From sequence record NC_022096.1: a DNA stretch of 64,000 bases, one strand, 5' to 3'. Position numbers and translations under genes: made by a program. The notes under the pieces are model-generated. The model did not search any database and was not told the DNA's origin. It saw only the letters and a list, made by a program, of their open reading frames with translations. Of the stretch, positions 44,867 through 54,849 are shown piece after piece (the stretch's first letter is position 1; the number at the start of each line of letters is the position of its first letter).

Positions 44867-45648
44867 AGGAAGAACGCTCGCGGGTCAATGGTGAAGGTCA
44901 GCGGATGCTTATGTCCGCACGCGGCGCACTCTTTGTTAAAGGTGCGCAGGATGCCGTGCTTGATGTCACGGTTTGCTTCACACGCCAGCTCCAGCAGCTC
45001 GGTATCTTCCGAGTCCAGGAGCATTTGAATGCGCTCTTGCAGGGTACCTGGGTGCTTGATCCACTGCGCAGCTTCTGCCAGCATACCCACGTCTGGGTCG
45101 CGCTGGAGCTTGACGAACTCGGCGAGCGTGGCACAGCGAGGGAAGTCGAGGCGTGGGTCCAGAACAACGTCAGCATCCAGCTTGACGTAGGAGAAGTCGC
45201 TCATCTTGACTTCGGTGTAGTTCTGGTGGTTGCACTGATCGCCGTCGAGAATGATCTTGTCTGGGTCGCGCAGTTCCTTACGCGCTTCCTCGTCAGCACT
45301 CTCCCAGTTTTCGACCATGACTTGCAGGCTACGTGGCGTCAGTACCTCATCAGTACCTCGCACAACGAACACCGCCCCAGGGCACTCCCAATTCGTGAAG
45401 ACGGGATTGCGCTTGAGGCTGTGAATGCGCTGCCAAGCCAGCAGGTAGAAGAAGTCGCCAGTGGTCAATTGGTTGACGTCCAGGTTGGACATACACTGAC
45501 CCATCGCATCGATGGCCGGCTGGTAGTCGTCGAGCATGACTGACTTGGACATCAGTGCCAATTGCTTGGGGCGAAACTCGCGCAGGTCGATCTGCTTGAC
45601 AGGATATGGGCGAGTTACGGACGGGAGATTCGTTTCGTCGAAGATCAT
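44863..45648 (-). CDS. baseplate hub/tail assembly chaperone (T4 gp26-like), paralog B
   Basis: NLPSVTRPYPVKQIDLREF, CAACGH. Confidence 0.6.
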   Translation of the reverse strand: MIFDETNLPSVTRPYPVKQIDLREFRPKQLALMSKSVMLDDYQPAIDAMGQCMSNLDVNQLTTGDFFYLLAWQRIHSLKRNPVFTNWECPGAVFVVRGTDEVLTPRSLQVMVENWESADEEARKELRDPDKIILDGDQCNHQNYTEVKMSDFSYVKLDADVVLDPRLDFPRCATLAEFVKLQRDPDVGMLAEAAQWIKHPGTLQERIQMLLDSEDTELLELACEANRDIKHGILRTFNKECAACGHKHPLTFTIDPRAFFL

Positions 45649-45660
45649 TTCTGGATTCCT

Positions 45661-46164
45661 TTAGGCCGTGAGCTTGATTCCATCACACGAGAAGTTTTGG
45701 TGCACCTTGATCAGTCCATTGGTCGAGGTGTAGTTCAAATCCCAGTTGCCCTTTGTGCTGGGCCAGCAGTTCTTGCACGTCGCCGTTAGAATGGGCGAGT
45801 TGTTGTTGCTCAACAACTGAAACACGAGGTCGTGCTTGTAGTTGGTAGGCAGGTAGAAGGCACCAGTTTCAGGATCGCGGATGCGTTCCTTCCACGATGT
45901 CAGCCACTTCATTGTGCGCAGCGCTTCGTCTTCGTGGAACTGGCAATCGAATGCCTGAATCTCCTCGAAGCCTGGGTAGTAGGTGAACGTACCAGCGCCG
46001 AACAAGGGCTTGATGTTGAACGACGGGAACGGCAGGCTAACTGACTCGCAGTAGTCAGTGTCCATGCCAAAGGGCAAGCTGATGCAGTGCCACTTCCAGT
46101 CGTGGATCGGCTGTCTGTCTCCGGACCGCCGTTGTACAAATTCTTCGATGTCGTAAATGGGCAT
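45661..46164 (-). CDS. tail-tube-fold protein (second copy)
   Basis: 167 aa; DYCESVSLP...CQFHED...WKER...NCWP; adjacent to tube gene. Confidence 0.65.
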   Translation of the reverse strand: MPIYDIEEFVQRRSGDRQPIHDWKWHCISLPFGMDTDYCESVSLPFPSFNIKPLFGAGTFTYYPGFEEIQAFDCQFHEDEALRTMKWLTSWKERIRDPETGAFYLPTNYKHDLVFQLLSNNNSPILTATCKNCWPSTKGNWDLNYTSTNGLIKVHQNFSCDGIKLTA

Positions 46165-46183
46165 GCTGCACCCCGCAGAAAGG

Positions 46184-46217
46184 AAAAAGGCCCTGAGCCC
46201 GTTACCGAGCTAGGGCC
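46184..46217 (-). terminator. rho-independent terminator after tail tube gene
   Basis: GGCCCT...AGGGCC with bulged inner stem, followed by TTTTT. Confidence 0.65.
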
Positions 46218-46224
46218 CATTTCA

Positions 46225-46731
46225 TCAGGTGCGCTTGTAGTAGTCGTAGGCGAAGGTCGCATCGACTGTCATCGCGGTACCACCCGAACCATCGAACTGA
46301 GCGTCAGGAACTTCTGTCGGCCAGATGTTGTAGATGGTGTAGTTCAGAGCCTCAGCACCAGTCTGGTCGTAGATGGTCATGACGGCGTTCGTGGCGTAGT
46401 CGCGCTTGAAGTTGCCGGACTGCGTGTCGGTCTCCCGGCACATTTCGCTCCAGTCTTCCAGCGTGGTGTTGATGACACCGTCGTAGGATTCGTGGAAGGA
46501 AATGCTCATGGAGTTGCTGAAGGTCTTGCGGGCAGCGTGGACAGTCTTGTGACCGAACAGCTCCATTTCAGCTTGTTGCACCGACATACCGGGTTTTACG
46601 CCGGACTTACATTGCACGCGCAGCGTACGGTTGTCACCGCCGCCAGGCACTCGCGTGAATACCAGGTCGAAGTTGTCGTTGAGCATCGGGTCGCCGACGT
46701 TCAACACCTCGTCAAGAGACGGCTTGGGCAT
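46225..46731 (-). CDS. tail tube protein (T4 gp19-like)
   Basis: 168 aa immediately after sheath; CKSGVKPG, ISFHES, YNIWPTEV, ATFAYDYY. Confidence 0.85.
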   Translation of the reverse strand: MPKPSLDEVLNVGDPMLNDNFDLVFTRVPGGGDNRTLRVQCKSGVKPGMSVQQAEMELFGHKTVHAARKTFSNSMSISFHESYDGVINTTLEDWSEMCRETDTQSGNFKRDYATNAVMTIYDQTGAEALNYTIYNIWPTEVPDAQFDGSGGTAMTVDATFAYDYYKRT

Positions 46732-46752
46732 AGATCACCTCAGAAGTGTGGA

Positions 46753-48339
46753 TTACTGCGTACGGTCGTTGACGCTGATGGCGTACTGAATCTGACCGGT
46801 GCGCGGCACGATTGCGTTCAGGTGGATACGCTTGGCAATCATCATCGGATCGACGTAAACGTCGAGGACACAATCACCGGACGCTTCCAGCTCGGGCGGG
46901 TTGTTGCTGGAGTCGCAGATGATCTCGTAGCCATACAGACCACGGCCACGCTTGACTGGACCCAGAATGTCTTCGGCGATACCAGAGAGCTGCAGGCGCA
47001 GCGTGGCATCGTTTTGCTCGAACACACCCGCGAGGGCAGCGATCTTCAACTGGGCCATCAGGCTGTTCATCAGGCGGCGAACGTGAATGTTCGATAGCGC
47101 AGACGCGAAGCCTTGCAGGGTCTCTTGCGACCACAGTACCAAACCGTAGTTCGGCATCTTGTGGATGAAGTTGACCTGGTTCTGATCCAGCGTGTCACGG
47201 TCGCCTTGCTTGTACACTTGGCGAACGCCGTTTGCCAGAATCTTACCGCGGGTCACACCCGCAGGTGCGAACCACTCGGCAGCGACGCGATCGGTCCGAG
47301 CGTAGCACGCGGCGACATAGCCCGAGGGCGGGCAGAAGATCGTCACGTTGTCTTCGTTGGTGATCGACAAATCCGGCGTGTAGATGCCGGCGAAGGAGCT
47401 GCTCAGGTTCAGCGTGTTGCGGCGGTAAGCCACAGCTTGCTGGGTGCTCTGGAAGTCTGAAGGCATATCGAGAATGGCGAACGCATCGCCACGCTGTTCT
47501 GCCACTTCCGCCATCTTCAGGTGCACTGCCGGAGAGGCATAGCCGCCGTTGATCAGCAGGGTGACAGTGATTTCCTCGGTGTCCGCGTAGGCGTCCCAGC
47601 CATCGATGATGTCGTCCATCGTGATGGCGTCACCGTCATTGCCGTGAGTCAGATCACCAGCGATAACCGAGTTCACCAAGCGCACGCGCTCGTTGTCACG
47701 GTACTTCGGATGGTCACGATTCACGCGGGCGCGCAGGCGGGAGCTTTTCTGCTCCAGTTGATCTTCGATGCTCAGTTGGCGGCCGTAACCATCGACAGTC
47801 TCGCGCAGGGTAGCGCGGTAACTTTCGACGGCGATAGTGGCGCTGCCTTCGTAGACATCGAGGACGAACAGTTCGTTGGCGATATCGGAAGTGTCCGGGT
47901 ACGCCACGATGCGCAGGTCGTTGTTCCAGTTGCCAGGGTCAGCAGCGTACAGGAACAGGACATCGTTCTCGTTGAAGGAGTAGTCGTCGGGAGTATCGAA
48001 ACCCTCGACGCTGTTCTGGATGGTTGCGAACTCGTTGACAGTGGCGATCCGTACAGAACCGAACTTGGCGTTGCGGGCCACGCGCAGGTAGTACAGTTGG
48101 CTGGCTTCCGACAAGAACTGCTCCGCACAGAAGTGTGCGAAGGTCAGCTTAGCGTCAGGCGCGCCGAACTTGGATCGGAAGTTTTTCTTGTCAACCGTGA
48201 GTGTCGGTACACCGACAGGGCCGCGCTTCGACGGGCCCACCATGGCACCAATCGACGACGAAACGGCGACACCGCGGACCGACTGGTCATCGATGGCACC
48301 GTAAACGCCGGCGCTGGAGCTGCTGCCGTTGTTCAACAT
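46753..48339 (-). CDS. contractile tail sheath protein
   Basis: 528 aa; GPSKRGPVGVPT, PPSGYVAA, WFAPAG, IHVRRL. Confidence 0.93.
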   Translation of the reverse strand: MLNNGSSSSAGVYGAIDDQSVRGVAVSSSIGAMVGPSKRGPVGVPTLTVDKKNFRSKFGAPDAKLTFAHFCAEQFLSEASQLYYLRVARNAKFGSVRIATVNEFATIQNSVEGFDTPDDYSFNENDVLFLYAADPGNWNNDLRIVAYPDTSDIANELFVLDVYEGSATIAVESYRATLRETVDGYGRQLSIEDQLEQKSSRLRARVNRDHPKYRDNERVRLVNSVIAGDLTHGNDGDAITMDDIIDGWDAYADTEEITVTLLINGGYASPAVHLKMAEVAEQRGDAFAILDMPSDFQSTQQAVAYRRNTLNLSSSFAGIYTPDLSITNEDNVTIFCPPSGYVAACYARTDRVAAEWFAPAGVTRGKILANGVRQVYKQGDRDTLDQNQVNFIHKMPNYGLVLWSQETLQGFASALSNIHVRRLMNSLMAQLKIAALAGVFEQNDATLRLQLSGIAEDILGPVKRGRGLYGYEIICDSSNNPPELEASGDCVLDVYVDPMMIAKRIHLNAIVPRTGQIQYAISVNDRTQ

Positions 48340-48390
48340 GAAATGGTCTCCATGGGTGGATAGGTATAGTTCTTCATACCTGCATAGAAA

Positions 48391-49776
48391 TTAGCTTGCC
48401 TGCAGGATGGAACACCGTACAGTTTCGTCTTCTTTGGCGTACAACTTGACGATGCCGCTAAACTTTCCGTTGAGGGTGAACAAGCCGTTGATTTCCAGTT
48501 GCAGTGCAATTTGCTGCACGACATCCGTCTCAGGCTCGTCCGGTGTTTCTGGCTGCTCTGGTTGCACAGGACCGCTACGAAGAATGGGCGTCTCTTCCCG
48601 AATGATCGTAGGCGCTCCGCCAACATTGGAGTCGGCGTAGGTGACAGTCAGCACGGTGTCTTGGTCGAAGATCGAACCCAGCGTGTAGCGTGCCTCGTAG
48701 ATGCCTGTGTTCAACCCGACACGATTGGCACGCACGCGGACAAACTTGTTGGTCTGCTTGCCTGCGATAACCAGATCGACGTACTCTGTGAGGACGTCCG
48801 GATCATCCACACGGAACACGGCTTCCAGAGTAGGCTGCACATTCTCCGGCACCGTGAGCACACCCAGAGTGGGTTGCTGTGTGATCTGGATTTGCTTGGT
48901 AATCGTCTGGAGACTACCGTACATGTCGGCGAAAGCGTACTCAGTGATCAGGGTGTCGCCTTCTTGGGTGTCGAGCAGGTGCTGCGACAGATCAACGCTC
49001 TGTGCCCAATGGCCACCATCGGCAGGCATCAGGTACGACACCAACCGCTCGCCTGTGCGCTGTAGTGTCAGAGTGACGAATGGCGTACTGCCGTTGTTCT
49101 CAGCAAACAAGGCAATGCCGAGTCGACCATTCGGAGGGCACGCCCGACGCGCTTCCAGTACAGGCATCTGGAACGCGCTAACGACAGTGATGTTCTTCAC
49201 CACGTTCACAGGTTCACCGGAGCTGCCGCGGCCGTCTTGGTAGATGACCCGTAGGACATCATCAGGTGAGGCGTGCATGATCCCGTCGAAGTCTTCGCCT
49301 CGGATAGGCTTGAGTTCGATGTAGATGGTGCTGCGGTACATGCTGTCCGCAATCTTATCCAGCATCAGGTACTCGGTCTCGCCCGTTGTCGCATTGAACA
49401 CCGTGACCTGTAGCTTGTCCTTGACGACATCAGGATCGTACACTGCAATCTGCAGGTGGGCGTTGGTATTGACCTCACTCTCCGCATAGATCACACCAGT
49501 CGTATAGGTCGTACCGGGCTCTTCCGGATACTCCACGTCGGGTGGGCCGGGGATCAAGTGTGCGATCACCGGGAAGGCAGTGGCGATCTGCAAAAACTTG
49601 TTGGAGTTGCGTGTGATGATATGCGGCTTGGTGCGTGTGACTTCGACGTCCAGTTGGCTGATCGAGCTGGACTTGGCGCTCACCATGGCACGCTTGGCGC
49701 TTTTCTTACCCAAGCGATCCACTAGATACGTCCTGGATTCAGTGACGACTGTGGTGTCTCCGAGTAGCTTATCCAT
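48391..49776 (-). CDS. virion protein with Ig-like repeats
   Basis: 461 aa; repeated V-x-D-P-D-V...V-x-Y-x-D beta-rich units; between tail completion gene and sheath. Confidence 0.6.
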   Translation of the reverse strand: MDKLLGDTTVVTESRTYLVDRLGKKSAKRAMVSAKSSSISQLDVEVTRTKPHIITRNSNKFLQIATAFPVIAHLIPGPPDVEYPEEPGTTYTTGVIYAESEVNTNAHLQIAVYDPDVVKDKLQVTVFNATTGETEYLMLDKIADSMYRSTIYIELKPIRGEDFDGIMHASPDDVLRVIYQDGRGSSGEPVNVVKNITVVSAFQMPVLEARRACPPNGRLGIALFAENNGSTPFVTLTLQRTGERLVSYLMPADGGHWAQSVDLSQHLLDTQEGDTLITEYAFADMYGSLQTITKQIQITQQPTLGVLTVPENVQPTLEAVFRVDDPDVLTEYVDLVIAGKQTNKFVRVRANRVGLNTGIYEARYTLGSIFDQDTVLTVTYADSNVGGAPTIIREETPILRSGPVQPEQPETPDEPETDVVQQIALQLEINGLFTLNGKFSGIVKLYAKEDETVRCSILQAS

Positions 49777-50428
49777 TCTTCACCTCAATGCCGGTGGTGA
49801 CTTCGCCGCGATTGTTGACCTTCGGCACGTCGCGCATCGCACCAAGCTTGGTGTTGATTGTGAAGGACAGTACGAGGTCCATGCCCTCAGGGTCGGCCTC
49901 GAGGTCCTTGTCCGAACGAGGAATCGGAATGCTCTCCGAGTCCAGTTTGACTTCAACGATCCACGACACGCCTTCGTATTCAACTCGGGCGTTCATCTTA
50001 CCCGAATGGGCGACGATGAGGGCACGAGTGCAGAAGTTCATGGCATCGATGATGTCTTTGGTGACGTAGTGCACCTCGGCCTGAATAGAGCACGGGAACA
50101 GAAACGCCTTCTTGAGTACAGCGTTTGCCAACTCATCGAATGTGGCGCCCATGCTATGGCGAGCTGCTGTCTTGACTGCTTGCTGGTCCTTGACCAATCC
50201 AAGGCTACCCAGCGAGTAGTACGAATACGGGTAAAGGTCGGCGACGTTGATGTTGGCGTCGTCCACACCTTTTTTCAGGTGACGCTTGACGTCCTGCGAT
50301 TGCACCAGAGGCAATGCCTCAAGAGCGAAGAACCGCTTCACCGCTTCACGGAACGTGTATAGCGTGATGTATGCAGGACTGTTCTTTTGGAGAATGCGTT
50401 CCGTGTTATCGGTGAGCTGTAACGACAT
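49769..50428 (-). CDS. tail completion / sheath terminator-like protein
   Basis: start MSLQLT; position between head genes and sheath. Confidence 0.5.
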   Translation of the reverse strand: MSLQLTDNTERILQKNSPAYITLYTFREAVKRFFALEALPLVQSQDVKRHLKKGVDDANINVADLYPYSYYSLGSLGLVKDQQAVKTAARHSMGATFDELANAVLKKAFLFPCSIQAEVHYVTKDIIDAMNFCTRALIVAHSGKMNARVEYEGVSWIVEVKLDSESIPIPRSDKDLEADPEGMDLVLSFTINTKLGAMRDVPKVNNRGEVTTGIEVKNG

Positions 50429-50442
50429 GGAAAATACCCCAG

Positions 50443-50472
50443 AAATGAAAGTGGCGACCCTAAGGCCGCCAC
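50443..50472 (-). terminator. rho-independent terminator after head operon
   Basis: GTGGCGGCC-UUAG-GGTCGCCAC then TTTCATTTC. Confidence 0.75.
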
Positions 50473-50475
50473 AGT

Positions 50476-50949
50476 TCAACTCTTGTACCGAATCGGACCA
50501 CTCAGGACAGCCTGGGCGGTAGAAGCCACAGCTTCCTCTTCTTCGTCCGCTTCTTCCTCATCCTCTTCGAGGTCTTCGTCGACCCCGTTCACGTCTTCGT
50601 CGTCTTCGAGGAAATCCTCGTCGAGCGCTTCATCCGCGAAGTCATCACCGTCCAGCTCATCACCCTCGTCGAGGAACGACGCAGTTGCGAGTTGGCGAGA
50701 TACACGATTGGACAGGGAAACGAAATCAGTTGCGGAGGCTGCTGCCAGAGACGGCGCAAGTGTGTTTTCCGCTTGTGGCGTAGAGCCATCATTCCGCACC
50801 GCAGTGGGCGCAGGCTTCATCACCTCAGACACGAACTGGGTAAGGTCGTCACCGAACTCACCAGCTTTGGCCATGTACTTGAGGCAGTCTTCCTGGTTGC
50901 CCTGCTGAAGGGCGATAACGGCAAGCGCGAGAAACTGTTTGCCGCTCAT
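50476..50949 (-). CDS. acidic head-associated protein
   Basis: start MSGKQF (AGGAG RBS); D/E-rich C-terminus; follows the capsid gene. Confidence 0.7.
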   Translation of the reverse strand: MSGKQFLALAVIALQQGNQEDCLKYMAKAGEFGDDLTQFVSEVMKPAPTAVRNDGSTPQAENTLAPSLAAASATDFVSLSNRVSRQLATASFLDEGDELDGDDFADEALDEDFLEDDEDVNGVDEDLEEDEEEADEEEEAVASTAQAVLSGPIRYKS

Positions 50950-51055
50950 CGTTCGTACTCCTGCAAAGGGTGTAGACTGAAACGCAGGCGGGTCGGAGGG
51001 CGCTCTCCTAACCGCCTGCATCATGTACTACACGCAGCACGCTGTCCCAGTGGGA

Positions 51056-52162
51056 TTAGGCGCGCTTGCCCTTGACGACGGAGCGAACGTTGGCCAGGAC
51101 GAGCGAGAACGGCTCGACCATGAACCAGCCGCGGGTGCTGTTACCGGCATCGGCGCCGTTGGTCGGGGTGGACTGGATGCCGCCACGAGTGGAGTAGGCA
51201 CCGTGGTTACGCGGATCGGAGACCACGTAGATTTCGCCCGGGTTCAGGACCTTCTGGTTCGGCTGGCGGAAGGCATCGGTGATGATGTTCATGCCGACCA
51301 GGGTACCGATCTGACCGTTCAGCACCAGGTCATACTTGGTGATCGGGTCGAAGAAGGTGGCGAAGTCGTTGCTGCCGATCACGTCGGCCCAGTAGTCGTT
51401 GGCCAGCAGGATGTGAGTAGCCGGCAGGCCCCACTTGGCGATTTGCTGACGCAGACGACCCAGGTTCTTGGTGGTCAGTTCGCCGGCGATCAGCTCCAGG
51501 TTGTTGACGACGCCGACGGTCTGGTCAGCGGCCTTCTTCCACAGGCGGTCTTCGGCAACCATGATGGCTTGCAGACCGTCGTTGTAGGCGTGGTCCAGCA
51601 GGTCACCGTTGACTTGTTGGATGTCCAGGTTTTCAACGCGAACGTTGGCCTGAATCTCGAACTCGTCCGGGGTGAACACGCGCTGACGAATGGTCTGGTA
51701 GCCGGTGTTGCTGGAGCTGGTGGCGACCACGGCCATGGTGTCGTGAGCGGGCATCGGAACGCGCTGTACTTCGCCTTGCTTGAGGGTGTTACCCACCATC
51801 AGCTTGCGGACGAAGCCTTCGCGGTCAGCTTGGTCGCTGATCTGCTGAGCCAGGCTGGCACCCAGAGCGGACCACTTCTGCGGGTCAACCATGGCTTCGC
51901 GCAGCACTTCGCGGCGAGCTTCGGCAGCAGCCACAGCTTCTTCGCGGGCGCTCGGAGCGCGACGTTGTTCGATGATTTCGCCGGAAGCGTAGGCGGACAT
52001 CATCTGGCCGATGACCTGCATGGCCTCCTTGACGGAACCGGCGTTGATTTCGCCAGTCGAGGAGCTCAGGGCCAGCTCGCGGCCTTTGCCGAGACGCAGG
52101 TCTTCCAGGGGCGAGCCGTCCTTCAGGACCATGCGGGCGCCGGTGAATGCGTGTTGAGTCAT
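51056..52162 (-). CDS. major capsid protein
   Basis: 368 aa; HK97-like region FVRKLM...VPMP...FEIQANVRV...AIMVAEDRLW; strong codon bias; GGAG RBS. Confidence 0.85.
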   Translation of the reverse strand: MTQHAFTGARMVLKDGSPLEDLRLGKGRELALSSSTGEINAGSVKEAMQVIGQMMSAYASGEIIEQRRAPSAREEAVAAAEARREVLREAMVDPQKWSALGASLAQQISDQADREGFVRKLMVGNTLKQGEVQRVPMPAHDTMAVVATSSSNTGYQTIRQRVFTPDEFEIQANVRVENLDIQQVNGDLLDHAYNDGLQAIMVAEDRLWKKAADQTVGVVNNLELIAGELTTKNLGRLRQQIAKWGLPATHILLANDYWADVIGSNDFATFFDPITKYDLVLNGQIGTLVGMNIITDAFRQPNQKVLNPGEIYVVSDPRNHGAYSTRGGIQSTPTNGADAGNSTRGWFMVEPFSLVLANVRSVVKGKRA

Positions 52163-52213
52163 GTTCGTTTTCTCCAAAAGGAATTGATGCGACGCAGACG
52201 GACTGGCGCGCGA

Positions 52214-52900
52214 TTACACGTTGACGCGCAGGACCAGCGCGGCGTTCTCGGCGCTCGGGGCGCTGATGATCTGGACGTTGGTCAGCAGGGTGCCGCTACC
52301 GCCGACGGTGAAGCGACCGTCCGGGCCGAGGCGCGGAGTGATCTGACCAGCGAAGTCGGCACTGGCGTCGAAGAAGGTGGTAGCCACTTCGCCGCGGGTG
52401 ATGACGCCGGTAACGCCCTGGTAGGAAGCGGAGATACCGCCGATCGGTGCGTCGCCCAGAATCTGACGAGCTTCGCTCAGGGTCGGCTCGTAGGCCATCT
52501 GGATGCTGTAGGAAGCACCGACGTGATCGCCGTGGAAGGTCACGACTTGGCCAGCCAGTTGAACGGCAGTGGCATCAGCCGGAGCGCCAGCACCGACGGT
52601 AACCTTGGTGCCTTCGACCTTGACCAGCACTTGGCCAGCCAGCGGCAGACGCGGCAGTTCGATGGCGCCCGAAGCCGGGACGACGCCTTCGCCAACCCAG
52701 GGCAGGATTTCCGGCGGGCTATTGCGGGTCATGGCGATACCAGCGAAGACTTCGCCGCTCGCGCCAGTGGACGGCTTGACGACGGTCTCGTTGCCTTCGA
52801 CCACGTTGACCAGGGCAACGCCTTCTTCACGGATGATGCTGCCAGTTTCGACTTTGCGGTGCTCGGTCAGGAACAGGCGAGTGTATTTTTGAACCAGCAT
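52214..52900 (-). CDS. head decoration/cement-like structural protein
   Basis: 228 aa between scaffold and capsid; SGEVFAGIA. Confidence 0.65.
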   Translation of the reverse strand: MLVQKYTRLFLTEHRKVETGSIIREEGVALVNVVEGNETVVKPSTGASGEVFAGIAMTRNSPPEILPWVGEGVVPASGAIELPRLPLAGQVLVKVEGTKVTVGAGAPADATAVQLAGQVVTFHGDHVGASYSIQMAYEPTLSEARQILGDAPIGGISASYQGVTGVITRGEVATTFFDASADFAGQITPRLGPDGRFTVGGSGTLLTNVQIISAPSAENAALVLRVNV

Positions 52901-52917
52901 GGTGTGTTCTCCAGGTA

Positions 52918-54849
52918 TTAGCGCTTACCGAGACCAGCCAGTGCGAGAGTCATACGCGCGGCGAAGTCTTGGGGCTGATGGGTGGACGCAGTGGCTTCTT
53001 CGCGCACCGTTTCCTTCTTCTCGACCTGCACCGGACGACCGAGTGGCATCGGGGCAGAAGACGCGTTGGCTTCTTCGCTGGCATTGGTGCCGGCGAGAGC
53101 CTCGGCGATTTCGTTCTGGGTTTCGAGGCTGTAACCCATGATCTGGTTCGCCTTGGCGAGCAGCATCGAGTGGTAGGCGTCGCTGTGTTGCGCGAAAGCC
53201 TTGGCCACCAGGGCGGAAGCGTTGTCGAGACCCACAGAGGACAGCGATTCGATCAGCGATTGCTGGATCGGGTTCGACTGGCCTTTGAAGAAGTTCTTGC
53301 TGTAGCCCAGGGCGGCAGTAGCGAGGGCGCCGTTCAGACGGTCCTGCAGTTCTGCTTTGTCGCGCTCGGCGCTGGCAGTGACTTCTTGGGTACGTGCAGC
53401 GACTTGCTGGGCAACCTCGGCCTGGACATAGTCCGCGACCTGGATTTCAGGCTTGATTTCCTGGAAGCCCATGTTCTCCAGCGCGGCAGGAACACCGTGC
53501 TGACTGGCTTGCGCTTTGAAGGCGCGGCCGAACACTTCGCTGTTGAAGATTTCCTTGTGCTTGTCGCAGGCGGAAGCCATTGCGATAGCCATCGGAACGC
53601 GGTCGTAGAAAGCGACCCAGGCGTTTTCGCCTTGAACGTTGGCATACGCCACGTCCAGCTTGCTCACGTCCATGTCGCCGCTCAGGGCAACGAAGGAGGC
53701 GGCAACGGCGACCATGCGCTCAGGCTCTTGGACGGAAGCAGTAGCTTCTTCGACACGAGGCTTACGATTGCGAGCGCGGCCGTTGTCGGCGTAGCGGACG
53801 CTGGAGACGGACAGGGTGAGGGAATCGTCTTCCTCATCATCCTCTTCTTCGTCTTCTTCGTCGAGGTCATCCTCGTCCTCATCGGACTCGTCTTCTTCCT
53901 CTTCCTCGTCGTCTTCTTCCTCGTCTTCTTCGGACTCATCGTCCTCTTCGTCGAGGTCGTCCTCTTCTTCCTCATCCTCATCCTCGTCGTCCTCATCGGA
54001 CGCCAGGGCAGGATTCAGATCGTCGCGGACTTCGCCAACATCGGAGTCGTCTTCGACACCGGCAGTGGCTTCTTCGTCTTCCGGGTCCAGCAGGCCGGAC
54101 GAGCAGCTCGGGCAGAAGACCGGCATGTCGTCGCTGGATACCACGTGGGCACCGCAGGCGCTGGAGGCGCAGACGAAGTGGTGGGCGTCCAGCTCGGCGC
54201 CGGAACTGGAGAGGGACTCCAGAATGCTCGGCTGCTGGTCAGCGACCACAGTGGCTTCATTGCCGGTGTACACGTCGTAGTTGGCGTCGCCAGCTACAGC
54301 GATCAGCACGTCGCCAGACTTGATGGTACGGGTTTCACCTTCACCGCTGATAGCGGCGCGGTAGGCGGCAACAGCTTCTTCCAGGGTCTTACCGGAGGCG
54401 ATGGCGCTTTCCTGAACCTGGCAGCCGTCGCATTCGCCGTCTTCTTCACCAGCCGACAGGGCAGCGATCTGCTCGTCGGTCAGGTCTTCGAGAACGGAGG
54501 CGCAGGCAGGGCAATGCTTGAGCAGCTCGGCGTCATCCGCGAGGATGTGCGCGTTGCAGCCGGCGGTGCACACGGTGTAGTTGACGTTGACGGCGTCGCT
54601 GTCGGACGACAGGAACTCCATTTGCTCGACCAGACCATCACCAACTTTCAGGTCATCCACGCCGGTCAGCGGGTTGAGCATGTTGATGTCGGAGCTAGCG
54701 GACGACAGGACGACGAAAGAATCGTCTGCGGTGTGCAGGGCCTGTGCGTCTTGGCCAGTGGCCACAGCGCGATAGAGTTCTTGAACGTCTTCCAGAGAGT
54801 TGCCGGCAACCACGATACCGCGGATGGGGGTACGTTGATGCTTGGACAT
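52918..54849 (-). CDS. prohead core/scaffold-like protein with zinc ribbons and long acidic tract
   Basis: 643 aa from MSKHQ; two C...C-x(12-14)-CPxC units; D/E run at about 53820-54000. Confidence 0.7.
   Translation of the reverse strand: MSKHQRTPIRGIVVAGNSLEDVQELYRAVATGQDAQALHTADDSFVVLSSASSDINMLNPLTGVDDLKVGDGLVEQMEFLSSDSDAVNVNYTVCTAGCNAHILADDAELLKHCPACASVLEDLTDEQIAALSAGEEDGECDGCQVQESAIASGKTLEEAVAAYRAAISGEGETRTIKSGDVLIAVAGDANYDVYTGNEATVVADQQPSILESLSSSGAELDAHHFVCASSACGAHVVSSDDMPVFCPSCSSGLLDPEDEEATAGVEDDSDVGEVRDDLNPALASDEDDEDEDEEEEDDLDEEDDESEEDEEEDDEEEEEDESDEDEDDLDEEDEEEDDEEDDSLTLSVSSVRYADNGRARNRKPRVEEATASVQEPERMVAVAASFVALSGDMDVSKLDVAYANVQGENAWVAFYDRVPMAIAMASACDKHKEIFNSEVFGRAFKAQASQHGVPAALENMGFQEIKPEIQVADYVQAEVAQQVAARTQEVTASAERDKAELQDRLNGALATAALGYSKNFFKGQSNPIQQSLIESLSSVGLDNASALVAKAFAQHSDAYHSMLLAKANQIMGYSLETQNEIAEALAGTNASEEANASSAPMPLGRPVQVEKKETVREEATASTHQPQDFAARMTLALAGLGKR

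Noticed and set aside
53820-54000. Repetitive TCN/TCTTC-rich DNA resembling a tandem repeat or array
   Set aside because: Explained by Asp/Glu codons; there is no fixed repeat unit or spacer structure, so it is not CRISPR or a satellite.
53816-54280. Poly-serine plus-strand ORF
   Set aside because: It is the reverse complement of the GAR/GAY acidic tract in the scaffold gene.
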